A DNA stretch of 64,000 bases from Mobula hypostoma. Lineage: Eukaryota. The notes under the pieces are model-generated. The model was not told where the DNA came from. It was given only the letters and a program-made list of their open reading frames with translations, and searched no databases. A program made the translations under genes and the position numbers. Shown in pieces: positions 26,701 through 39,218 of this stretch; the stretch's first letter is position 1; the number at the start of each line of letters is the position of its first letter. The DNA is taken from the NCBI RefSeq assembly GCF_963921235.1, contig NC_086097.1, forward strand, positions 71,674,001 to 71,738,000. The letters run 5' to 3'.

Positions 26701-27897
26701 GGAATTTGCCTATTACCACAACATGTCTACATGGCCTTGGATCACCTGGGCATTAGCATTACCTACATCATTCTGCTGTTTATTGATTATAGCTCATCTT
26801 TCAACACAATCAAACTCTCAGTTCTAATCAACAATCTCCAAATCCTGGGCCTCTGTACCTCCCTTGATCCTACTGGATCCCTGACTTCCTCATTGGAAGA
26901 CCACAGTCTGTGCAGATCAGAAATAACATCTTCCCATCACCGACCTTCAACATTGGTGCACATTAAGAATGTGTGCTTAGCCTATGGATATACTTTGTCT
27001 TCATCCTACAGTTGTATGGCTGGGCACAGCTCAAACACCATCTATAAATTAGCTGATGATGCAGCTATTGTAGGCAGAATTTCAGATGGTGACAGCGAGA
27101 CATACAGTAGTGAGGTAGGTCAGCTGGTTGAGTGATGTTGCAAAAACCTTGCACTCGACATCAGTAAGACCAAGGAATTGATTGTGGAGTTCAAGAACAG
27201 GAAGTTGAGGGAACACACACCAGTCCTCAATGAGGAATCAGCATTGGAAAGAGTGAACAGTTTCAACCTGCTGGGTGTCAACATTTCTGAAGATCTATCC
27301 TGCGCCCAACATATTGCACAATTATAAAGAATGCACAAGAGTGGATATATTTCATCAATAGTGTGAGGAGACTCAGTATGCCACCAAACACTCTTGCAAA
27401 TTTCTAAAAATGTGCTGTGGAGAGCATTCTAACTGGTTGCATCACCACCTGGTATGGAGGGGTCACTGCGCAGAATCAGAAAAAGCTGCAGCAAGTTGTA
27501 AACTGAGCCAGCTCCATCATGGGCACTAGACCTTCCAGCAGCCAAAAGGCAGCATTGATCATTAAAGACTGTCTTCACAGATGACATTCTCTCTCCTCAT
27601 TCCTACCATCAAGAGGAGGTACCGGAGCCTGAAGACACACACTCAATGTTTCAGGAACAGCTTCTTTCCCTCTGTCATCCGATAGTGGAATGGTCAATGA
27701 ACTAACTGGTAACGTACGGACCTATTTCCTTTAGAGCAATGAGCCCCCACCTCGTAGCACTGCATATTGATCTATTGTCCGTGCATGTGCGTTTTACTCT
27801 CTCTGTCTTGCTGCAATGTGAATACACCAGTTAAAGCCATCTCCCGCTTGCATGCTTTTATTTAATCAATATGCAGTTGTGCGCAGACACAATAAAT

Positions 27898-27910
27898 TGG
27901 CAACGAGAAT
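27898..27910 (+). promoter_or_regulatory. Gypsy primer-binding site (tRNA-Ser(GCU)-like)
   Basis: TGGCAACGAGAAT matches TGGCGACGAGGAT at 11/13 positions, just after the 5' LTR. Confidence 0.65.
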
Positions 27911-30211
27911 GAACCTGAATGTCAGAAAAAATCATGAACAGCACTGACAGTTACAGACCGATTACGGGACAAACAGTGGGGGTTAAACAGCATGAGAAAG
28001 CCGTCATGGACACTCACAAAGGAATGTGTGAGTACAGTGAAAGACTCCTTGAATTTAAAGTGAAAATAATGTTGTGATGGCTTCATTCGGGAAAGTTGAC
28101 AAATTTGATAGCACTAATGAAGGCTGCAAACAACGTGAAGGAGCTAAAGAGAGCCCCTACACTTAGCTTAATGGGTGCAAGAACATAAGTCTCGTATGCA
28201 ACCCAGTAACCCCTGAAAAGCCAGCAAAATTGTTACAACTATACAAAATCATTTGGACCCTAAACTGCTGGTAATAGCTGAATGATTTTACAAAAGTAAC
28301 CAGTCAAAAGATGAAAACATTTCTGAATACATTGCAGAAATGCACAAACTTTCCCAGTACTGTGACTTTAGAGATGGACTTTCTGATGCATTAAGGGACG
28401 GTCTTGTATTCGGCTTGCATAGTCAAAACATTCAAAAAAGGCTATTATCTGAAGGAGACCTAACCTTAGAATGACCATTGATCGTTGCAATATCGTTAGA
28501 TACTGCAGCAAAGGATGCAGCAGAACAACAGAAAAGGAGCTTAGAATATCAAATGCACAAAATGTCCCTGAACAGTGCAACTAGCCAAAGATGTGATCGA
28601 TGTGGCAAATCCTCCCATGATGCAAATGACTGTTGGTTCAAAGAAAAAGTATGCAAAATGTCACAGACAGGATCCCACTACCTCTGCAGACAAAAGTTTA
28701 CACTAGTTACAGATCACCAGCCCCTTTTGTCCATTTTCAATCCCAGGAAGAGGATTCCAGTGATGACGACTACCCAGTTACAATGTTAGGCACTATTCAT
28801 AGGAGCCCAACTCTTACGACATAGAGTTCAAGGGTACCAATCAACATAGCAATTCTGATGGCTTGTCACATCTTCCACTCTTGGCAACTGAAGAAGTCAC
28901 CCAGCAGAAGTGTCCCACACCACATTGGTGGATCAGTTGCCTGTAACAAGTTGTGAAATACAAAGGAAAACAAAGAATGACCATACATTGACTAAGTCTG
29001 TGAAATCCCATGTAAGGATGGCCAGCTCAATGTAACTCTATGTTTCCAGAACTCTCTGCGAGACAAGACCAACTGATGGTTTGTCAAAGAACGCTGATGT
29101 GGGGATCTTGTGTTGTGGTTCCCTCTAAACTGCGCACCAGAGTGTTAGAAAATTTGCATGAAGGACACCTGGGTACAGTCAAGATGAAGAGTCTTGCCCG
29201 GAGCTATGTGTGGTGGCTGTGAGTAGATAAACAGATTGAAAGCTTGGCCAAAAGTTGTTCAGGATGCCAAAAGGTTCAAAATGTGCTCCCACAGCCACCA
29301 TTATACCCATGGGAGTGGCTGTCTTTGCCATGGCAAAGAGTACATATTGACTTAGTTGGGCCATTCATGAACTCCATGTCTCAGATTGCTGTGGATGCTC
29401 ATTTGGAGTGGCTGGAGGTTATACCAATAAAGTCAACCACTTCAGCAAAGTCTATCTCCACTCTGAGGACTACCTTTGCCAGAAATGGCTTACCAGAACA
29501 AATTGTGAGTGACAACGGGCCACAATACATGTCAGAAGAATTCTGACTGTTCATGAATAAAAATGGCATCAGACATTTCAAGTCAGCTCCTCACCACCCA
29601 GCAAGACATGGGTTAGCTGAAAGGTTTATCCAAACCTTCAAGAAGTCAGGTAAAGCGACGAACAAGAAGGGCATTCCTCTACAGCACAAGGTGGACAACT
29701 TCCTTTTTGTGTATTGCAACTCTGATAATGCAGCGTTGAATCAAACACCTGCAATGCTGTTCATGAACAGGAATCCGAGATCTCGCACAAACCTCCTGAA
29801 TACATATCTATGGAGGGAAGTACAGAATAAACAGTTCAGCCAGTTGCCAAGTGAAGCAGCAAGGAGCTTCGAGATTGGACAGGAAGTCTTAGTGCGTGAT
29901 TACCAAGAAGACAAGCTGACACCTGGTAGGGTAGCTACAAGAACTGGACCACTGGTGTACACAGTGGATGTTGGAGATCAGACATGGAGACGTCATGTTG
30001 ACCAGATACTGGATGCTCAACCGAAGAACACACCCGAGTCAACTGCTTCCAACAAGATGAACACATTACAGTCACTTGATTTACCTCTCAGTGATGATCA
30101 TGTCACTGACAGCAATGTGACACCAGTAACCGAGAAAGTTGCCGTAGACAAGACACCTAACAAACCTAATGGTTCTCCACAGGTCCAGAGGCAACACCCA
30201 AAAGACTGAAT

Positions 30212-30993
30212 CATAGAACCATAGAACCATAGAAACTACAGCACAGAAACAGGCCTTTTGGCCCTTCTTGGCTGTGCCGAACCATTCTCTGCCTAGTCCC
30301 ACTGACCTGCACACGGACCATATCCCTCCATACACCTCCCATCCATGTATCTGTCCAATTTATTCTTAAATGTTAAAAAAGAACCCGCATTTACCACCTC
30401 ATCTGGCAGCTCATTCCATACTCCCACCACTCTCTGTGTGAAGAAGCCCCCCCTAATGTTCCCTTTAAACTTTTCCCCCCTCACACTTAACCCATGTCCT
30501 CTGGTTTTTTTCTCCCCTTGCCTCAGTGGAAAAAGCCTGCTTGCATTCACTCTGTCTATACCCATCATAATTTTATATATCTCTATCAAATCTCCCCTCA
30601 TTCTTCTACGCTCCAGGGAATAAAGTCCTAACCTATTCAACCTTTCTCTGTAACTGAGTTTCTCAAGTCCCGGCAACATCCTTGTAAACCTTCTCTGCAC
30701 TCTTTCAACCTTATTTATATCCTTCCTGTAATTTGGTGACCAAAACTGAACACAATACTCCAGATTTGGCCTCACCAATGCCTTATACAACCTCATCATA
30801 ACATTCCAGCTCTTATACTGAATACTTTGATTAATAAGGGCCAATGTACCAAAAGCTCTCTTTACGACCCTATCTACCTGTGATGCCACTTTTAGGGAAT
30901 TTTGTATCTGTATTCCCAGATCCCTCTGCTCCACTGCACTCCTCAGTGCCTTACCATTAACCCTGTATGTTCTACGTTGGTTTGTCCTTCCAA
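30212..30993 (-). mobile_element. Young CR1 3' fragment nested in the Gypsy element
   Basis: Uninterrupted 213-aa ORF 30293-30934 (C-terminus of CR1 ORF2); tail (ATGGTTCT)n. Confidence 0.95.
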
Positions 30994-31105
30994 CTGTGAA
31001 GTTATCTATGGACTATTATTTTGAAAGCATGTTTATTTGGAATATGGGTTTATGAAAGGCAAATTGAATGTTTTGTGCATAGAAAGTTTTATGTTGCATT
31101 AATCT

Positions 31106-31119
31106 AAAGGGGGAGGAAA
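31106..31119 (+). promoter_or_regulatory. Polypurine tract
   Basis: aaagggggaggaaa directly before TGTAATG of the 3' LTR. Confidence 0.8.
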
Positions 31120-31515
31120 TGTAATGTATGAATCTAATTGTTTTAGAGCAAAGACCCCCCTTAGCACTACATACTGATCTGTTGTATATGCATGCACATT
31201 GTTCTCTCTCTCAGTGCAATGTGAATACACCAGTTAAAATCATCTCCCGCACGCGTGCTTTTATTGAATCGATATGTAGTTGTGCACAGACCCAGCGTAA
31301 CCCATGTACTTTTTTCTCTCTTTTTTTTGCTCTCTTTTTGCACTATTTAATTAATTTATTTTTTAAATATAAATTTCTGTAAATTGCAGTTAAGTGTTTT
31401 ATTATTATGTATTGCAATGTACTGCTGCCGCAAAACAACAAGTTTCATGACAAGCAGCACACATAAAAGTTGCTGGTGAATGCAGCAGGCCAGGCAGCAT
31501 CTCTAGGAAAAGGTA

Positions 31516-31553
31516 CAGTTGATGTTTCGGGCCGAGACCCTTCGTCAGGACAA
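31516..31553 (-). ncRNA. Degenerate hammerhead motif (opposite arm)
   Basis: The reverse complement ttgtc-ctgacga-agggtctcggccc-gaaa-catcaactg retains the core, but stems I and III are damaged by CpG-type changes. Confidence 0.5.
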
Positions 31554-32008
31554 ACTGAAAGAAGAGCTAGTAAGAGATTTGAAAGTGGGTGGGGGAGGGG
31601 GAGATCTGAAATGATAGGAGAAGACAGGAGGGGGAGGGATGGAGCCAAGAGCTGGATAGTTGATTGACAAAAGGGATATGAGAGGATCATGGGACGGGAG
31701 GCCTAGGGAGAATGAAAAGGGGGAGGGGGAGAAAAGCCCAGAGGATGGGCAAGGGGTATAGAGAGAGGGACAGAGGGAGAAAAAGGAGAGAGAGAAAAAG
31801 AATGTGTGTATATAAATAAATAAATAACGGATGGGGTACGAGGGGGAGGTGGGGCATTAGGGGAAATTTGAGAAGTCAATGTTCATGCCATCAGGTTGTA
31901 GGCTACCCAGACGGAATATAAGGTGTTGTTCCTCCAACCTGAGTGTGGCTTCATCTTGACAGTAGAGGGGGCCGTGGATGAACATTGACTTCTCATTCTT
32001 CTTTTAGT

Positions 32009-32046
32009 TAGTCCTGACGAAGGGTCTCAGCCCGAAACGTCGACTG
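32009..32046 (+). ncRNA. Minimal type-I hammerhead ribozyme motif in a Penelope pLTR
   Basis: UAGUC-CUGACGA-A-GGG(UCUCAG)CCC-GAAA-CG-UC-GACUG: intact core, stem I UAGUC/GACUG, 3-bp stem II, palindromic ACGU in place of stem III. Confidence 0.75.
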
Positions 32047-32189
32047 TACCTCTTCCTAGAGATGCTGCCTGGCCTGCTGCGTTCACCAGCAACTTTGATG
32101 TGAGTGGCTTGAAATTTCAGCATCTGCAGATTTCCTCCTGTTTGAAGTTTCATGACTTATGCCAGTGATGTTAAATGTGATTCTGATGG

Positions 32190-32510
32190 CGAGGCTAGGG
32201 TCCATGATCGAGTTAGCTGAATGTACAATCCTTCGTAGCCTCTTTCGATCCTGGGCACTGAAGACTTCAGACTAGTTACTGATGCAATCTGTCAGAATGC
32301 TCTTCACTGTACATCTAAGGAAATTTACTGATGTCTTTAGTGACATACCAAATCTCTTCAAACTCCGAATGATGTATAGCTGCTGGTGTGCTTTCTTCAT
32401 GATTGCATCAATATGATGGGCCCACAGTAGATCTGTTGAGATGTTGATGCACAGGAACTTGAAGCTGCTCACCCTTTCTACTGCTGACTCTTAATGAATG
32501 GTGTCTGTTC
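32190..32510 (-). mobile_element. Rex1/Babar RT C-terminal fragment
   Basis: ORF 32272-32472 SSFKFLCINISTDLLWAHHIDAIMKKAHQQLYIIRSLKRFGMS. Confidence 0.85.
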
Positions 32511-35147
32511 TCCAAGCTGAGAATATCTGTGCATTGTGAATAGAGCAATCTGCTAAAATGAATTATGACAAAGTTTTTGCCATGTAGATTTATAAAGTCC
32601 TTAACTTTAGATATGAATAAGAGTCCAGAAATTGATGACTGAAAGCTAACACAGGATATTCTCCTGCTTGGCGTTAGAAATACTAAACATTGAGACTTTT
32701 CAGTATGTTTCAGGTTAACACTTCATCAAGGAATAAGAATGGAGGTAGGACTGTGTGATTAAAACTATTTGTGATGGATTGGTTCAGGATCTGGCCTCTT
32801 GCCAGTGCACTCATATGATTGCTATTGCTGAACAGTGTTGGCTTACAAATAATAAAAAAAACTGAGAAGCAATCTTGACTTTGTACAAAAACATAATTAG
32901 ATAATGATAGATAACAAAGTTTAGCAATGACTGATCTGTTAGGGAAGGAAAGGAAAAGCATGAGAAATGGCGCACTTAGTTCATTTGAAGGGACTGAAGA
33001 TGAGGCATTTTTTTCAGGTTTTAATTTCGTTAGATCTGAAGAGATCACCTGTCAGATGTCTTGACAAAGGGTTTCTAGATTATGAAGCTTTGTTAGTGAA
33101 CAGTAATGGATCAATTGCAAGAATGTGGCAGCTGCTCAAGTGGCTGATTGATCGCGTGTGAATCAATTAGGCCTCCTATGCACAGAAGACTTTCTCTTTT
33201 GGTGTATGCTTTTGCCTTGGTGGGCCCGGTTCATCTCTCCCACACTGTATGTCACCCGCAGCATACCATTACTAGCATGACTCAGTAAAAATGCTAAAGC
33301 CTACTACTCTGTTGACATTCTTACTCCACGCACACGAAACAGTTAGGAGTGAAAATGTTTGATTCAGGAGGATAGAATGATGTTAGTACAAATTAACACA
33401 AAGAACCTGACATAAAATATTATTGAAACAAAGACCAAGGATTATTTTAAAAGAGAATTAGTTGGCTGATTGTGTAAGAATATCATTAGTCCAGAATTCC
33501 AAATGGGAAACCTTATCTCCCTATTCAGTTGGAAGGTAGCCAGACAGGTGGAATTAGTCATAGTCATAGTCATAGTCATACTTTATTGATCCCAGGGGAA
33601 ATTGCTTATTGATACCAGACAATCAATATTATGACCATGTGCTCGTTGATCGAGACAGGTTGTTAGGAATGAGGAATCTCCTGATTGGCCAATGTATCAT
33701 CAAGTAGCCTCAAATGATCATGATTGTGGCCATAATGAGATATTTTGCCACACTTGATTCTATTATTGTGTGTGGGTGAGGGTGAGAGGGGGTGTGGGAG
33801 ATGTGTAGAGAGGGAAGACTCTGGCTGAATGGACCATGGGAAGAAGTAGGATCTCGGGTTCAGTCTGGTTGTGTGGCAGAGGATTAATGTTAACACTTGA
33901 CTTGGTGATGGTATCACCAGAAGGTCATAGACAAACCAAAACATCATCAGCTCTCATCCTGAGCAACAAGCACTGCTTGAGAAAACATTTTCTGCCAAGA
34001 TACTATATACTTTGTAACATTTAAATCAGCTCTGAATGTCAACTAATTTTATATTTTTATGGGTCATTCCAAATAAATTGCCTTTTTTATTAGAAGGATA
34101 ATGTAATGTAAACTATTTCAAAGCTCGATCTTCTAAATGGCTGTCCAGTTAGTTTAGTAAAATTATGCAGGATCAGATGCAAAGAATAGCAGAAATAAAC
34201 TAAAATTATTGTTCAATTTGATGGCTTTTCCTTTGTCTGTTCAGAGGCTGATATCCATCTCCACTTAGGATTTCTACAACATCTCACCAATTCAATCTTA
34301 ATCTCACCACATATCATGGGCATTAACATTTGAGAATTATAACTATAAACATGAGTAAAATTCAATGCTTTTAGACTAAAATGCATCAAAATGTTGAGCA
34401 TACAGTAGTTGTTTTTATCTCAGTAGTTGTTTAATGTTTTGTACCTTGCCCAGTTAGTAGCAAAGTGTGATTTCCAGGAGGACATTCTGAACTCTACCCT
34501 GATACTGGATTTCCGTTCTGCAGCAACTCATAGCTGTGCAAGAATCCATCAAAATCTGTTGGTGTATAGCACAATAATTAGATACATCTAATGACTATAA
34601 ACAAAAAGAAGCAGATAACATCAGGATTAAAGGCTTGTTCAATTTAAAAACATAAACAGTGTAGATTTCCTTTTCATCATTAATTTCCTTCTTTATCATT
34701 AACATTGAGTTTGTGTGTTTTTCATCATTAACTGAATTTATATGCTTTCATCTGCTAGCTGACTTGCCTTCCTTCATTAGTCAAAGTTTCAAAGACTCTA
34801 ATGATTAGAGTTTAATCAATTAAAGTAGACAACACTTGATGGATTACCATTGAAATCATATTTCTAGTGATAAATGGAATTTGGGTGTCAGGTCTCATTC
34901 TTGAGGTTGAGGAAACAAGTTTTGGATCTGTATCTTTTATGGCATAGGGTGATGTTACAACCCAGTCTGTTTGGACACATATGAGAGTAAGCAGAATATA
35001 ATGACTTGACTGTATGATCCTTGGATAAAAACCAATACCTGCTTGATATGCCAGATATGTGTTATAACATTGTATAATTGTAATTTACCTCAAGCATCAA
35101 TTTTCAGCAAGATGGGCTTTGTAATAACTGAACTATGAGGATCTCTG

Positions 35148-35600
35148 GCTATCCATCCCATAGGATGATGATGGTTCTTTTCAGTCAGCTAGTGGGGTGG
35201 TATCCCACTCCTCAGAAAGGAACAGCATGTGCGTGAGTGGATTTTAGGTGAGTAGGGGGTTACACAGGTCCAGACCCGCCCTCTCGACATCCCCTCCCGG
35301 ATCCAGCGGCATGGTGGGGTCCAAGATGGCTGGGGGACGTACTGTTGCAGTGAATGGACAGACCAAGCTTCGATGCAAGGTTTGCCCTTTCCGCACTTCA
35401 TGGCATGTGTTTGCCAGATGGCTGTTGACCCTACGAGACGGTTCATCCACCCTTTGACAGGTCTTGTTTTTCGTCCTGCAGGGTGTCTAGCCACCCTCCT
35501 CATCAGGCAAGCCTGATGGGGGAGCCGGTTTAGTCGCCGACCACCCGACCATGCGACAGGTTACATGGTACCAGTAGCACTCAGACGAGTGACCTGACCA
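35148..35600 (-). mobile_element. GC/CpG-rich non-autonomous retroposon, possibly RTE-related
   Basis: Sharp compositional boundaries, no recognisable ORF; family assignment tentative. Confidence 0.35.
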
Positions 35601-36999
35601 GAAGAGGATAGTGACCAGAAGACTGTGAGGATAGTGCCTGACCAAGGTTGCATATGCACAGCTCCAGACTGAGCCAATATTTGGACACACCTGCATATAA
35701 ATATTGCTGTTCCCAACATCTTCCATCAAATTGTACATCCTTGAATAGCCAAATATTGGAAGTGAGTTCAGGCCTGTAGAACTTCGTCAGTGGCTGTCAA
35801 CGCAAGTCTGTTTTAAATGTTTACACACTGTGTATATCTCAGCAATGTGTTTCTGCCCAGATTTCCTAAACTACTTTGTTTGCCTGAAATCCTCATTTCA
35901 TCTGATGATGATGGCTTGTGAAGATCAGGAGGGAAGAAGAGTCCTCAGCAGTGACGGCATGACTGTTGGTGACTGTGGAGGCCAATTCTGGATCTGCAGA
36001 CTCTGGTGCAGTAGGGACACGGGAACAGCTGTGATGCAGGTTCTTGGGTAGTAGGATCCTTCCTATGTCTCTTCTTCTCTTCAACAGTTGCTCTTCTGGA
36101 TTCCTCAGAATTCCTGTCTGCTCCATGGATCAGTGTTCTCCAGCGGTCTCTGTCACAAGCCAGCTGCTGCCACTCATTGACCTCAATATTTGCCAGAGAG
36201 AGCTGCTGCTTTAGTTGGTCTTTGTGCCTCTTGTGCAGAAATATCCAATAATATGACAGAACACAAAATCCTTAAAAACTGTCTGCATTCGCCAAGCTGT
36301 GATATATTTTGGGAGTCATTTATGGACAAATGGTCCCTAACCCTAAAGAAGGTCATGAAGAGATAGGTTATTTAGCTTGCTGATACATGGCTGATCCATG
36401 GCAAAACTTTATATATTGGGTAATACCCACTGCCATAACAATTACACTGACACCTGGATGGTTATGTATTGGGAGGGTCACTTCAGTCATTTTGCTCAGC
36501 TTTTTGAGAAACCCAAGGATAAAATGTGATGAGAAATTAAATTCAGTTGCTACTCTGAGCAGAGTCATTCTTAAACTAATGCCCAGATCCAAGCCTAGAT
36601 TTCTATTTCTTGCCACCTTCTCTTGCATCACTTTCTACAGCATTCAGTTGTACAATATTCAATTCTATTCACAGTCACTCAGTAAATGAAGGGCCAAGCC
36701 TGCCTGCAGCAAGATAGTCAGGCATTGGCAGGTGACAAGTGACATTTAGGCCATAAAGTCACCAGGTACTAAGCAGCTCCAGTAAAAAAGAACCTGTCCA
36801 TCTACCCCTGAATTAATTGAGCCTCCACCGATCAATCAGCCAGAATTGAACACTGAAGAGAAGCTCCTTTCACCAGCCTACAACCATCAGAGTAGGAGAT
36901 CTGCTATGTATTCAGCAGTGATTTACTCCCCTCTTGATACACAAAGGTCTTTCCACAGTCCACAAGACAAAGGTGACATAGAATGCACAGTCCATGTTC

Positions 37000-38212
37000 C
37001 AAGCATTCCCTGGTAATGCTTCCCAACTCTTTCTGTGCTACATTGAGAACTGTGTTGGCGCTGCTTCATGCCTCTCTTCGTCAGTTTCATGAACTTTGCC
37101 TCTAGCTTCCACCCTGCCCATAAATCCCCTTTTTCAATCTCTCTGTTTCCATCTCTGAAGACAACTGTTCATTGATATCTTTAACAAACCCACTGCCACA
37201 CTTGGCTATCTTGACTATACCTCTTCCCACCCTGTCCCCTGTAAAAATACTATTCCCTTTTCTCAGTTCCTTTGTCTCCACTACATCTGTTCCCAGGGTA
37301 AGGCTTTCCTTTCCAGGATATTAGAGATGTCCTCCTTCTTAAAGAATGGGGTTTCCCTTCATCCACCACTGATGCTTCTTTCACCCATATCTCCTCCATT
37401 TCCTGGACATCTCTCCTCGCCTATCCTCTTGCTGCCTTAACAACATAGAGTTCCTCTTGTCCTCACTTACCACCCCATGATCTTCTGCATCTACTCTATC
37501 TGGCATTCCTAATGTGGCCTCCTTTACACTGGTTAGACCCAACGTAGATTGGGGGACCGCTTTGTTGAGCACCTATATATCCTGCTTTTTAGCAGGGTTT
37601 CCTGGTGGCCAACCATTTTAATTCCAATCCCCATACCCATTCCAGCATGTTGGTCCATGGTCTCCTTTACAGCCACGATGAGGCCACTCTCAGGGTGGAG
37701 GAGCAACAGCTCGTATTCTGTCCAGGTAGCCTCTAACATGACGGCATGAACATCAATTTCTCCCGCTTCTGGTAACTTCTCCCCCTGCCCCTTCTCTCTT
37801 CTTCAATTCCCCAATCTGAATCCCCCTTACCTCTTCTCTTCTCCTCACCTGACTATTACCTCCCCCCCGATGCCCCTTCCTTCCCTTTCTCCCATGATCC
37901 ACTCTTCTCTCCAGTCAGATTCCTTCTTCTCCAGCCCTTTACCTTTTCCACCTATCACCTCCCAGCTTCTTACTTCATACCGCTCCCTCATCTACCTGTC
38001 TTCGCCTATCACCTTTTAGCTTGTAATACTCTCCCTCCCCTCATCTCCTTATTCTGCTTCTTCCCCCTTACTTTCCAATCCTCATGAAGGGTCTCGGCCT
38101 TAAATGTTGACTGTTTATTCATTTCCATAGCTGCTGCCTGACTTGCTGAGTTCCATCAGCACTTTGTATGCGTTGCTATGGATTTCCAGCATCTGCAGAA
38201 TCTCTTGTGTTT
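37000..38212 (+). mobile_element. Penelope-like element: decayed RT and GIY-YIG endonuclease plus pLTR
   Basis: YIENCVGAAS (YIDD motif), YLDYTSSHP, IPFSQFL, GLLYTG*TQRRLGDRFVEHL; the pLTR has a degenerate hammerhead at ~38076-38113; an extra pLTR end lies at 38378-38495. Confidence 0.88.
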
Positions 38213-38659
38213 ATGCTCTCCCCTTGCATGAACAAGCACGGCTGCAACACCAGTCTAGAGACTCAAGTTATCCAAAAAAATCAGGCATTTGGTTGGCTAC
38301 TCCATCCTATATCCTAAGTATACAATACTTCCTCTACCAATATACTGTGTCTAAAGAATATACTATGACACAACATACTGACGAAGGGTCTTGGCCTGAA
38401 ATGTCGATTGTTTTGTTTCCATGGATGCTGCCTGACCTGCTGAGTTCGTCCAGCATTTTGTGTATGTTGCTTTGGATTTCTAGCATTTGCAAAATGTTTA
38501 AAACATACTATAGTTAGTTGCTTAGGCTACTCTGACAGAGCCAGCACAACCCATGACCCACGACCTTCATCTCCGTGAAGTGTAAGAGAGAAGGTCCATG
38601 GGAACACTGCCATTTTGCATGTACTTCTCTAACCTTCTCATCTTCCTCATTTGGAAATA

Positions 38660-39218
38660 CACCAGTGGCTCCTTTTTTTAGGTACACCCGTACACTGGCT
38701 TGTTAATGCAAATATGTAATCAGCCAATCATGTGGCAGCAACTCAGTGCATGCAGACAGTGTCAAGAGGTTCAGTTGTTGTTCAGACCAAACATCAGAAT
38801 GGGAAGAAATGTGATCTAAGTGACTTGGTCTGTGGAATGATCATTGGTGCCAGATAGGGTGCTTTGAGTATCTCAGAAACCACTGATCTCCTGGGATTTT
38901 CACACACAACAGTCTCTAGGATTTACAGAGAACTGTGCAAAAATCAAAACCAAAAGAAAAACATCCAGAAATCAGCAGTTCTGTGGGTGAAAGCGCCTCA
39001 TTAATGAGAGAAGTCAGCAGAGAATGACCAAACTGGTTGAAGCCGACAGGAAGGCAACAGTGGCTCAACTAATAACAGTGGTGTGCAAAAGAGCATCTCT
39101 GCATGCACAATACATTGACCTTTGAAGTGGATGGGCTATAGCAGCAGAAGATCACAAACATACGCTCAGTGACCACTTCATTGGGTAAAGAGATACCTGA
39201 TAACGTGGCCAGTGAGTG
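38660..39218 (+). mobile_element. Tc1-derived MITE (copy 3)
   Basis: TA at 38658-59 and 39219-20, degenerate TIRs, KCDLSD..GMIIGAR..LSISETTDLLGFSHTTVSRIYRE. Confidence 0.88.

Larger units (their letters stand above)
27707..31297 (+). mobile_element. Ty3/Gypsy LTR retrotransposon, decayed, with protease and RT missing
   Basis: LTRs at 27707-27894 and 31120-31297, TAAC duplicated on the flanks, PBS at 27898, PPT at 31106-31119. Gag knuckle CDRCGKSSHDANDC, RNase H tail FTLVTDHQPL, integrase LHEGHLG..SCSGC, PWQRVHID, SDNGPQ, GLAERF, RRHVDQI. Confidence 0.93.
31452..32144. mobile_element. Penelope-like fold-back element with a 12-bp TSD
   Basis: TSD aagtttcatgac at 31440-31451 and 32145-32156. 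The minus arm carries an ORF C-terminus (RLEEQHLIFRLGSLQPDGMNIDF) and a pLTR; the plus arm is an inverted pLTR end. Confidence 0.9.
26700..32188 (+). mobile_element. Rex1/Babar LINE (RT at 26700-27706; 3' tail resumes at 31298-31451 and 32145-32188), host of nested insertions
   Basis: LLFIDYSSSFNTI, IYKLADDAAIVGRIS, SKTKELIV, FNLLGVNISEDLS; the 3' UTR continues after the Gypsy and Penelope insertions. Confidence 0.85.

Noticed and set aside
34443..34594. Minus-strand exon-like segment
   Set aside because: Several alternative acceptors, donors and frames, none uniquely supported.
35455..35525. Minus-strand CTGATGAG...hairpin...CGAAA resembling a hammerhead
   Set aside because: No stem III with a correctly placed UH and no stem I could be formed, and stem II does not close on the core.
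35893..36180. Possible Gypsy integrase-tail remnant (EEQLLKRRRDI)
   Set aside because: Similarity too weak, with no LTR or PPT to support it.
36368..36689. Overlapping 100-aa and 87-aa ORFs with hydrophobic stretches
   Set aside because: No recognisable motif or convincing splice context; consistent with chance.
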